DNA of 64,000 nucleotides from Felis catus (lineage: Eukaryota), in assembly GCF_018350175.1 (NCBI RefSeq), contig NC_058368.1, positions 27,964,001 to 28,028,000 of the forward strand, in the 5' to 3' direction. Positions 53,814-64,000 of this stretch are shown here, piece after piece (the stretch's first letter is position 1; the number at the start of each line of letters is the position of its first letter). A program made the position numbers and the translations under genes. The notes below the pieces were generated by a model that worked only from the letters and a program-made list of their open reading frames with translations, did no database searches and was not told the origin of the DNA.

Positions 53814-54967
53814 GCTTTACTGGAAGCAGAATCTGTTAAGATTTTCTATGTTTCTGTCTAGAGAACTAGAACCAAATGCAATGATAACAAAAGATAGAGC
53901 TGAAATTAATTGCTTGATATGACACGAGACTAGCTATTCAGACAGTCTTATTTCAAATATTAAGTTATTTAGAAATAAACAACTTATGAGTTTAGAATTC
54001 TGATTTCAGATAGTATAAAAAAACAGTTGTTTTAACTTAGCAAAGGCGGAATTTTTTGAAACTCAAATTAGCTCATCATCCATCATTGGCTAATAAATCA
54101 GTATAACCCTTCCCACATTTTGGTGTTTCCACTTCATGAGTTTTCAGGGCAAGGCAGTAATAGCCAGACATTTAACTTGTTAAAAAGGGAAAATGCAAAA
54201 GTTATTTTACACTTAAAACACAAGATAAAAATTGAGAAAGACCTCTGATGTCAAAATTACACTATCCTAATGTTTGAAAAGAGGGGAAATAGAATGAAAA
54301 TGTTATTAATAATTAACGTCATAGAATGAAGGATAATTTAGAATGGAACGAAAAAGATAATAGGCAGTGTTCCAACATATTCTCCTTTTCTGAATTCATA
54401 TCAGTATACTATCCAAGTTATTACTTCAGTCATTCCAGATATGAAATAGAATACATATATATATATATATATGCATATATATATACACACACACACCATG
54501 TGCATTTTTCATCCTCTTTCATATCAGGTGTATACTTACTTCTGGTTCCTAAACCTGTGAATGCTGTGGACAGTTGACGCATGCTGTAAAAAGTTAATGA
54601 CAATGAAGTGAGGTAGTTATTGTCCACATGGTTTACTTTATGGCGTGTAAGGGTTAACTTTGAATGGCTGATGTGTTTGAAAGACTCACTTTTTGAACAG
54701 AACAGAGTTTCCATTATAGGGTTCTTGCTCCTCTTGCAACTTAAAGTAGAGCATATTAGGAGGGGAAAGAGTGTTCACCACCTTTCACTGCTCGCAGATT
54801 ACTTCAAATTATTCTCACAGGCATCTGCCTCAATTAACATCCAATCTATTACTCGTCTACTTTTGTTCTCAAGGATGAACATCTTTACAGCATGATTGGT
54901 TTTTTTCTCCCGTAAACAAAGCATCTTGCTAAATTACCTTTCACAAAAGCCACTTTTAGATAGATAG

Positions 54968-54969
<2 letters not shown>

Positions 54970-55014
<45 letters not shown>
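54970..55014. repeat. (CA)n microsatellite
   Basis: Direct reading. Confidence 0.97.
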
Positions 55015-55016
<2 letters not shown>

Positions 55017-55174
55017 GTATTATTTTAAGATCAAATCCTGAAAGTCATGCTGCTTACTCTTCGGAGAAGGAAAAAGATACACAACACAGTGTCCTGAATG
55101 TTTTCCACAGAATTCCCAGAGTATCCAAGAGTTAAGGGAAGGGTTTAAACTTTCAATCCATGTGAACTGGGTTT

Positions 55175-55371
55175 TTTTTTTTTTTTAGTTTAAAAAAAAT
55201 GTTTAGTTTTTTTGAGATAGAGAGCGTGGGGGTGGGACAGAGAGAGAGGGAGACAGAGGATCTGAAGCAGGCTCCACGCTGACAGCACAGAGCCCGATGT
55301 GGGGCTGGAACCCACAAACGGTGAGATCGTGACCTGAGCCAAAGTTGGATGCTCAACAACCCAGGCACCTC
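55175..55371 (-). mobile_element. CAN-SINE (A-box partly deleted) inserted in a MIR
   Basis: SINE body; short TSD actgggttt; MIR-like continuation at 55380-55555. Confidence 0.9.
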
Positions 55372-55719
55372 TGACTGGGTTTAAACACCATTTGTGACTT
55401 GGACAATATTAATAAGTCACTTAAAATCTCTGAAACCCAGTTTGCTTGCATAAAATTGGGAATAACACTCCCTGTCTTGCCGGACTTTCACAGAGATTAA
55501 GTGGAACAGTTTGGACAGAGTTTGGTACTAAGTAAACAACCAATAAATTTTATTTTCTCCTCTCTTCCCAACGCAGTCATTGTGTTTTTCTGTTTTTAAG
55601 TTTTAAAAATCTTTTATGTTTTGTTTTTAACATTATAAGTGAAAATTTTGAATATATACACATGTCCACAGGTGTGAAGGTGCACACATGTATGTACACA
55701 CACTTTTATATTTTATTTT

Positions 55720-55845
55720 ATTATTTTTTTCTTCTTTTTTATCTCTTTTATTTTTTAAAAAATATTTTAAAGTAGGCTCCACACCCAGTGTGGGGCTTGA
55801 ACTCATGACCCTGAGGTCAAGAGTCACACACTCCATCCAGGAGTT
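55720..55845 (-). mobile_element. Older short CAN-SINE
   Basis: aagtaggctccacacccagtgtggggcttgaactcatgaccctgaggtcaagagtc. Confidence 0.85.
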
Positions 55846-56125
55846 CCGTCACTTGTATCTTTTTAAAGAGATCTTTCCTTTTCCTTTCTCCACAGCCCCC
55901 CCCCCCCCGCCATCACCCTTCCTTTCTTCTTTGCACAGATATGTCAGTGTCTGCTCGGTACCAAGCACCTATACCAGGCACCAGTTTTCTAGAACAAAGC
56001 AGCAGGTGCCTGTCCTGATGATGGTGTACCATCCATTGTGAGAAAAGAGCATTTGAACAAATAATCAGATACAGCTATAGTTACAGATGAAAAAGAAAGG
56101 AATTGAAAGTACCAGAAGGGATCTA

Positions 56126-56360
56126 GGGCTGCTTGGGTGGCTCAGTCGGTTAGCTATCTGACTCTTGATTTCTGCTCAGGTCATGATCTCACGGTTTGTG
56201 AGTTTGAGCCCCACAATGGGGGGATGGGGGGCAGGGCTGACAGCAAGGAGCCTGCTTGGGATTCTCTCTCTCTCCTCTCTCTGCCCCTTCCCCACTCCTG
56301 CTTGCCCACTCGTGTTCTCTCCCTCTCAATGAATAAATAAACATGTAAAAAAAAAAAAAA
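56126..56360 (+). mobile_element. CAN-SINE within an L2 relic
   Basis: 21-bp TSD gaaagtac(c/t)agaagggatcta at 56105-56125 and 56361-56381. Confidence 0.94.
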
Positions 56361-56455
56361 GAAAGTACTAGAAGGGATCTAGTCAAGACCATAGAAAAGA
56401 TGGTCAAGGAAGGCCTTTATGAGGAGGTGATAATTAGAGAGAGTGATGAGAACAG

Positions 56456-56910
56456 TGTACCGATTAATCTCCAGTTCTCCCACCCACACACCCTCTCAAC
56501 CATTCTCTGCCTTTCTCACCCTACTTGTGCCCAGTGGGTGGCATCACCTGTGCTCCCTTGCCCTCGGGCTTCCTGTTCAGTTTTGCCAAAGTGAGACATT
56601 GGCTGAGGATTGAGGGGCAGGAGGATAGAGATGTCCAGGTGTTCCCTGGCTCTCTGTCCATGCTCTGGTGTCTTCAAAACTACAACTCCCACCAGAATAT
56701 TCCTTCCTCATGGGTCTAGCTTACAGGGGCTCAGGTAATACCACTTCCCCCTCTTACTCCTTCAGCCCTAGGTGTGATAATGACTTCCTGCGGTTGCCAG
56801 TCCTTGGGAGCCTTCCCTTTAGCTCCCTGACCCAGCTGCCACCTCTGAAGTCCCCTCACATGGACCATCTGGTGTGAATGTGGTTTCTAGCCTGGGACCT
56901 GACCATCACA
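56456..56910 (+). mobile_element. LTR33-like ERVL solo LTR inserted in an L2
   Basis: tgtacc...ctcccttgccctcgggcttcctgttcagttttgccaa...gcaggagga...ccttcagccctaggtgtgataatgacttcc...gacctgaccatcaca; flanks aacag/aaaag. Confidence 0.75.
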
Positions 56911-57839
56911 AAAAGGAGCTGGCCACGTGAAAAACTTGGGAGGAGTGGCACAGGGAGAGGAAACAGCAGGTGCAGAGGTTCTAATGGGCACAAGAGCTTA
57001 ACGTGCCTGAGAAATCAGGAGAAGGGCTGCTGTGTGTCTGACGTCCTGTGAGTGAGGAGGAAGTGGAGTGAGGCGACTCCTGAGAGGTGACAGAGGCCAG
57101 ACCCTAAGGGCCCTGAGGCCATCTGAGAAGTTCAGGTTTTATATCATGAGTGAGCTTACCAGTTCTCACACTTACAATATAGAAAAGACAAATTACTTGT
57201 TAATTCAAGATGTTCTCCCTTTTTAGCCAGCAGGGCGGAAGGCCAGGAGTGGGTTAGGAATTTTCGTGTCCCTCGAAAGAAGGATTAGCTTCCTTTTTAT
57301 ATTCTTTACAATGTTGTTTGGTTATCATTGTTGTTATTCTTTTCATGAAAGGCTTAGTTTAGAAGGTATACCTAGACTAAAATGTGCTTTGAACTATGAA
57401 AGTATACCTTGGTGTCTTGAAATCTTCAGGCGGTTTTATTTCTACCATATAGTACCTTACAAAGATAAGGGATATTATTATCACTGTTCTGATAAGGTCA
57501 GAGCGTTACTTCTTTATCAGCGGATTAGCTACATTTATTTCTTTATTGCTGTTTATAGTCAATTTATTTCAAGCTTACTCTAGTCTAAAACAGTGGATCT
57601 GTGTACCCTCTGTTCCTCGGCTTGCCATTGAAACGTTATCTAAACCAAAGCAGCATGGAGCCTAACAGAGGAGGGAAGCCCTACCGTGGTCTGTGTTGCC
57701 CAGTTTTCTCACTCCTGCAGATCTTTGCATTGTCTGATTAAAGCGGCGGGGGGGGGGGGGTGGTCCAGAGGCATCTGGACCTTATGGAGGGCTTCAACAG
57801 TGCTTTCCTTCACTGCCAAGTTGACTTTCATTCTAAACA

Positions 57840-58740
57840 ATGTGCCCCATTTCCATCATTCTCCGTCCTCACTCTTCGCTTCCTGACTTGCCCTCTTGCC
57901 TTCTCCTTTGTCACACTCAGTTGGAGTCATTCCTGGATAATGTTCCTGGGACCTGCTTGGCACCCCTTCTTGTACCCATGCCCCCTCTGATCTATCACCA
58001 CCCTCTCTGTGTGCTGTAGATCTCCTATATCCCTCTCTTCACTTCATCATCCCCACGTCTTGCTATTCACAAACCCCAAAATGGTTTTTCTTTGGTTACA
58101 TCATAAGATGCAAACTTTCCCACCCGGCTTTTCAGACCTTCATTATCCGCTTCCACGTTTCCTTTGCATCAGGCCGATGACCTTGGGGTCATTCTCTGCT
58201 TCTCTTTTTCCCCTCACATCCCACATTCAACCCCTCAAGGATATCATGTAGACTCTGCCTTCAAAATATGTGTAGAGCCCGACCTCTTCTTATCAATTCC
58301 GTAACTACTACCTGGTCCAAGCCACCATTACCATCTCTTTGCTAGATTCCAGGTTTGAACTGCTCTCCTGCTTTTATCCTGGTGGTCCATTGTCCACACT
58401 GTTGAAATTCAAGTCAGACAAATGCCATTATTTGCTCAAACTTCTGCAAGTTCTGCATACGTCACTCAGATTAAAGGCCAGTTCATTCTTCAGAATGAAC
58501 TGGAGGGTTCCATGTGACCTGCAACCCCCCTTCGCATCCCCAACCTCACCTCCTACTGGTGTGCCCTTCACCCCCCTTTTACACATGGGTCTCCTTGGAC
58601 GTGTCAGGAACACTCCTGACTTGGGGCCTTTGAACTAGTTGTTCTCTCCACCTGGAACAGTTTCTTGTAGATAGGACACAGGTGACTCACCTTCAAGCCC
58701 AAGTTCAAATGTCGCCTATTCAATGAGCCTACTAGGACAA
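57840..58740 (+). mobile_element. L2 relic
   Basis: ctctgccttcaaaatatg; cctggtccaagccaccatta.catctc; tcactcagattaaaggcca; ctccacctggaaca. Confidence 0.75.
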
Positions 58741-58742
58741 CC

Positions 58743-59920
58743 TGCATCAGTCAGCATAGGCCATGTTATGCTGTGATGCTAAACAACCCTCAAAGCTCAG
58801 TGCCTTAACACAACAAAAATGTACTTCTAGTTCATGCCATGTGTCTATACAGGGCAGCAGGGTAATGCCTGCTTGTTGCGGTCACTAAGGGGCCCAGGCT
58901 AATGGCAATTCCATTTTAACATGTGCTTACTCCATCACCACTCAGAGGAAAGATGACCTGCCTCGTCTTACACAGGTAATTGAACCCCTTCACCCAGAGG
59001 AGATGCATGTTGTTTCTACTTACATTTCACTTGTTAAAGCAAGTCACACGGCCATGCTTAACTTCAGTAGATCAAGGGAAAGCAGTCCTATCACATGCCT
59101 GAACTGAAGACAATCCGAATGCGTGGGAACAGCCTGTGTTGGTATCTCTTGGCACAATAATGCTGCGTAAGAAACAGTTGAGATCTTCTAATGGCATAAA
59201 TGTCAGTGCTTATTGCTTCTGCTGGAGTGATTGGTTAGGCGGTTGTGCTGCTCTTGGCTGTGCCTGCTCACTTGTCAGGGGTGGGAGAAGCTTGTGTTGA
59301 CGGATCTCATCCGGTCTCAGGTGGTATCTCTGCTCCACATGTCTCTAATCCTCTAGCAGGCTAGCCGGGCCATGTTCTTACGGTGATGGCAGAGGCATAA
59401 AGGAGAACAAGCAGAAACACATAAGGACTCTTGATACACTCTTGAAATAATGCACTAAAGCATCTATTTCTTGATCCACTGACCCACCAAGGATTGCCTT
59501 TGGCGATAAGTAACAGAATATCTAGCTAAAAGTCTCTAAAACAGTGAAGAGTTTATTGCCTTACATGATCAGGAGACTCTGTTAGTTGATTTTGAATTTA
59601 AAGAATGTTTAGGCTTTGGGTGTGATTGCAATTTTCATAGCTTTCCCCTTAGCATTGCATTATTACTCTAGGAGCTTCAGGTATTATATCCTTATAAAAC
59701 AACATACAGAGTCAAGAACAACCAAGCTATTATCTATATCCATCTTAAAGAGTGAAATTTTTTTTTACTAGGAACCCTCCCAAGAAGATTTTCTCGTATA
59801 TTTCCTTGGTCAGGATCGCATCCTCTTGCAACACATGCCACAATACCTACATTAATCACTGGTAAAGAGAATAGATTTCTCATGATTTGAGTTAAACTAA
59901 TCGCCCTTCATGCCCTGAGT
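58743..59920 (-). mobile_element. Cluster of old MLT1 LTR fragments (at least 2-3)
   Basis: catcagtcag.ataggc..gttatgctg..a.aaacaacc.caaa.ctcagtg.cttaacacaacaaa; aagcaagtcacacggcca; aataatgctgcgtaa; aagtaacagaa...gagtttatt. Confidence 0.65.
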
Positions 59921-61036
59921 TGAGGGTGAAGTGCATGTAATGCATAGTAATACCTGATTATGATTGTGGTATTGCCGGAAGAAATAAGAGAGGAGAAATT
60001 ATTGAGGAGGCAACAAACAGGGTTTATCTTTGCTACCCAACATCAATACATATGTTTTGTTCCATACAGGGACTTTCAGAAATTCCCAATCCTACACAGA
60101 ACACACTTAGCTACTCCTCAAAAGAGAAAACTCCAAGTCTCATCAGTTACTATACTCAGTTCTACTAAGTTCTGTATCTTTGGGGTTGTACTATAATCTC
60201 TATCATAATTAAATGTGGTTTCTTGTGGTCCGGGAACATTTGTCCAAAAGATAATTATTCAACCTAAATATACCCAACATATATAATGGTGGGAAAGGAC
60301 AGGGTAACTTCAGTCTTTAAACATCCTATTTGAAGAAACAGAGGATGGTGAAGCACACACACAAAATCACTGGTCCATATCCTGCAGGCTTGCTAATTCT
60401 TCTCTCTGGAAGAATTTTCTCTGACTGTTGTTCTTCATGTTCCTGAATATTTCCTCTTGGAAAATAGTGTTTGTTAATCATACCCTAAAGTTACAGTTCA
60501 GATGGTCATTAGAGAGTTCTAGAAATTACAAAGATGTAGCAGCTCACTTCCCCTCAGGTAAGTTTAAGAATCTTAGTATTTCCTTAAAAGCTGAACAATC
60601 ATCGGTTGATGTGATTATGTTTGAATTTTATTTGGCCGTGTGTTTCCCATAGTAACTAAGTAGGCTTCCAGTGTATCTGTTTCTAGGCAATTTCATAAAC
60701 GAATAGTCAATGGTAACACTCTGGTCTGCACATTACTGTTAAGAATTCCTGTCTTCTCTCTTTTGCCTTTTGTTTATGATCCTTCCTCGAGACAAAGTAA
60801 AACAAAACACTTAAAAGGGAAGAGACCCCCCCAACCCTAAATCTGATCAGTGATGCCTGATTTGCCCCTTTTGTTAAGGAGAGAATTCTCACAAGAGTTT
60901 CTTAGGAGAGACTTAGGGACCTGGTCTAACCAATCTTACCTTCTGCTAAGTTTATTGCTCTCCTGCCTCTGCTTTTTGTATTTTATGTGGAGTAGAATGT
61001 TAATTATTGGCTTTTGTAATGAGAAACCTAAATCCA

Positions 61037-61177
61037 TTTTTTAATATCTTGTTTTTTAGGCGTGAGGGGCAGATGGAGAGGGAGAGAGAGACTATTAAGC
61101 AGGCTCGACGTGGAGCATGGAGTCTGACGCGGGGCTGGATCTCACAACTGTGAGATCATGACCTGAGCCCAAGTCAG
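61037..61177 (-). mobile_element. CAN-SINE lacking its 5' head
   Basis: gcaggctc...gacgcggggctggatctcacaactgtgagatcatgacctgagcc. Confidence 0.88.
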
Positions 61178-61362
61178 TTAAGTCTGACTCTTGGTTTCGG
61201 CTTGGGTCATGATCTCACGGTTTGTGAGTTCAAGACCCACATCGATCCTCTTTGAGTACTGCTTGGGATCTCTCTCTTTCTCTCTCTGCCCCTCCCCTGC
61301 TCATGTTCTCTTTCTCTCTCTCTCTTTCTCTTTCTCTCTCTCAAAATAAATAAACTTTTATA
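61172..61362 (+). mobile_element. CAN-SINE lacking its 5' head
   Basis: agtcagttaagtctgactcttggtttcggcttgggtcatgatctcacggtttgtgagttc...(CT)n...aaaataaataaac. Confidence 0.9.
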
Positions 61363-61369
61363 AAGTAAA

Positions 61370-61545
61370 AATTGTTTATTTTTTGAGAGAGAGAGAGAGA
61401 GGGATGGGGGCGAGGGCAGAGAGAGAGAGTTCATGCTGACAGCACAGAGCCCAACTCAGGGCTTAATCTCATGAACTGTGAGATCTTGACCTGAGCTGGA
61501 ATAAAAAATCAGGGGCTTAACCAACTGAGCCACCCAGGCATTCCC
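61370..61545 (-). mobile_element. CAN-SINE
   Basis: tttattttttgagagag...cttaaccaactgagccacccaggcattccc. Confidence 0.9.
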
Positions 61546-63468
61546 GATTCTACATTTTACTATCTGTTACTTCAGCCCCCTACTCCTGGTAATAAATTTA
61601 GTGTTTTTATATATAAATCATGACTTCCTTATGCAGCCTTTAAAAAAAAAATTGGAAGTTTTAGTTGTCTCTTTTTCCTTATGAACAAAAGAGACATATG
61701 CTTTTATCTGATTATTTAAAAAATGATGTAAGGAATGTAATAGATTCTGTTTTCTTCACAAAGACAGTCCACGTGGAACCTTCTGTCTTGTTTAACTTGG
61801 ACTCATTTATTTCTGTGACTGCTGCACAGATTTCTTACTGGAATTTCTTTTCAATTCATTTCCGGTTGGTTCCACTGTTTGTATGAACCCACATTGCCCC
61901 TCCTCCCTTGGTTCCCTTTTTTGTTTGGCTGGACTATATCCTCAAGTAATTTTCTCGTAAAAGGTATGGGAAGAATACTTGAAGAATTCTTGACTGGAGG
62001 AAAATATCTTGACCTCCTATAGAGGTGGTATTTACCCTACGCTTTTCAGCCACTATGTCATACAGGTAACGTGAAGTTCCTGTCTGCACTGCAGCGTGCA
62101 TAAGTTGGGCAATATTTCTAATTTGCTAAATTATTTTCTTGTATTTAGAGAAATTATGGTTTGAGGAGTTGGGGAGAGATATTAAAAAAATAACTGTGTA
62201 GTCTGCTCTCTTTAATGAATTTCTTAAATTCTTCTTACAACTACTCATTTGAGTCTGTCTACTGTTCTATTTCTATATTCCATTCTTACAACTTGACATC
62301 AGTTTGATAAATGTAAGTGAAGAATTAGTTGATCTTGTAGATACTCCTGCATTTATTAATGAACTCTTAGATTCAGATGGACTTTGAGAAGTCGCGTAAT
62401 AATATACTTGTTTTCAAAACACTCAGTTAAAACATGATCCTACAAAAGGCCTTTTATGTCATTCTCCTTAATGGTAGGATGAAAATTAAGCCTGAATCCC
62501 ATGTCTCTCTAGGGATGTAAGACTTTTATTCCCTAGCTTTTCCTGAGGATGTATATTTAGCGTTCATTTCTCGTGAATCTTCATTTTAAATGTTTTATAA
62601 TATTTCCATATTGTCATCACACTTGCTAGACACATCAAACCACTCAAGTGTAACTTGTCTTACTTTTAGAAAGACTCGTAATTTCTTAACATAGCTGAGG
62701 AGCTAGACCTTTTTCTGTACTGTGATAAAAGATGATGTTTGTATCTTATATCACACATTCGGGCAATACAAATTTTCAAGTGCATTACTGAAACTTTGGC
62801 CTCTCATATTAAATTTCCTCCAGATATCAGAGTCTATTCCACAGAGGTGGAATTAATCTCCTCTACTGAGACAAGATGTTCCCATTATTCACCAAGATAA
62901 CTAGTACCCAGATTTGCTGACAAGATCCTTTTTCAAATGTTCAGACTGAAGAGGAGCAAAACTCACTTAGAAGAAGAAGACAGTGGGGTTGAAGATCAAC
63001 CTTCCTAATATTCAGAACATGAGTTATTTCGATCCTTCTTCTTTAAACGCATATGACTCAAGGTGTACATACACCCAAGATGCATAATCAGAGGTTAAGT
63101 AAGAGATTAGTATGGTTTTCCTGAATAAACGAAATTGTATTTTGTCTGTGTAACACATAAAATCTGGAGAAATTACTCCTCACATATTTCTACTTTGGCT
63201 TCACGTTACAGTATGATTTTTTGAGTCTCTATTTATTATAGACTCTTTGGTCATTTTCATATGACTAAGGCCCTAAAACAATGAATATATTACAAAAAAT
63301 TTGGGAAAGAAATCTACCTTAACTTAAGGGAATTAAAAGACTGATACGGCATTTACAAGAGAAGAGTGCATAGCTTATATTGAAAACTTATATAAAGTTA
63401 AGTATTCCAAACAAATGTGGCTGAGCTGTTCTGTCAGTCCTTCATATTTTAAAAACATTTCTGAAGTC

Positions 63469-63680
63469 GGGGCGCCTGAGTGGCTCAGTCGGTTAAGCGT
63501 CTGACTTCAGCTCAGGTCATGATCTCACAGTTTGTGAGTTCGAGCCCCGCGTCCGGCTCCGGGCTGACAGCTCAGAGCATGGAAACTCCTTCGGATTCTG
63601 TGTCTCCCTCTGTCTGCCCTTCCGCTGCTTGCAGTCTGTCTCTTGCACTGTCTCAAAAATAAATAAACATTAAAAAAAAA
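63469..63680 (+). mobile_element. CAN-SINE (felid type)
   Basis: 17-bp TSD aaaaacatttctgaagt at 63451-63467 and 63681-63697, at a TTTT|AAAA site. Confidence 0.96.
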
Positions 63681-63729
63681 AAAAACATTTCTGAAGTAGT
63701 TTGTGGTATAATGAAACTCTCTTTATTGG

Positions 63730-63880
63730 AAGATTTAGTCCCCAAAAGAGCAGGTACTTCAGATTTGAGCTCTACTAACAAACTGTGTGAGTCCATGTTT
63801 TCAGATCTCAGTTTCTTATTCTACAAAAAAAGGAAGGGTTGACTCTGATAATCTCAATCATCTATCCCAGTTCAAAAAAA
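63730..63880 (+). mobile_element. MIR relic
   Basis: gctctactaacaaactgtgtga...tctcagtttcttattctacaaaa..ggaagggttgact. Confidence 0.6.
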
Positions 63881-64000
63881 TATCTAATTATAGAATTTTA
63901 AGTTTGTTGTAACTTTTCTGATCAGTGAGGTTGATGGTGAGCTAAGATCAGCCAACATCAGGGGAAGCATCAACTACTTCTTAGCCCAAATAAACTCTAA

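Overview
Mammalian genomic DNA from a carnivoran, almost certainly a felid, based on young SINEC_Fc-type CAN-SINEs and L1_Fc-type LINE 3' ends. I found no recognisable host protein-coding gene, rRNA, tRNA gene or CRISPR array. The listed ORFs are L1 ORF2 remnants, translations of SINEs or microsatellites, or chance. Roughly half of the window is layered transposable elements: about 18 CAN-SINEs (many with readable target-site duplications, TSDs), L1s of several ages, L2 and MIR relics, MaLR/ERV solo LTRs, hAT and Tigger MITEs, and microsatellites. Between them are repeat-poor islands that may be regulatory. I cannot support a new biological system here. The best oddities are: a young L1 with a perfect 45-bp TSD; a head-to-head SINE pair fused at a 6-bp microhomology; an L1 with its 5'UTR/ORF1 joined directly to the end of ORF2; a nested TA/CA cruciform; and one well-formed candidate exon. 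Repeat family names come from my recall of consensus sequences and need RepeatMasker/Dfam confirmation. Boundaries of old repeats are approximate.
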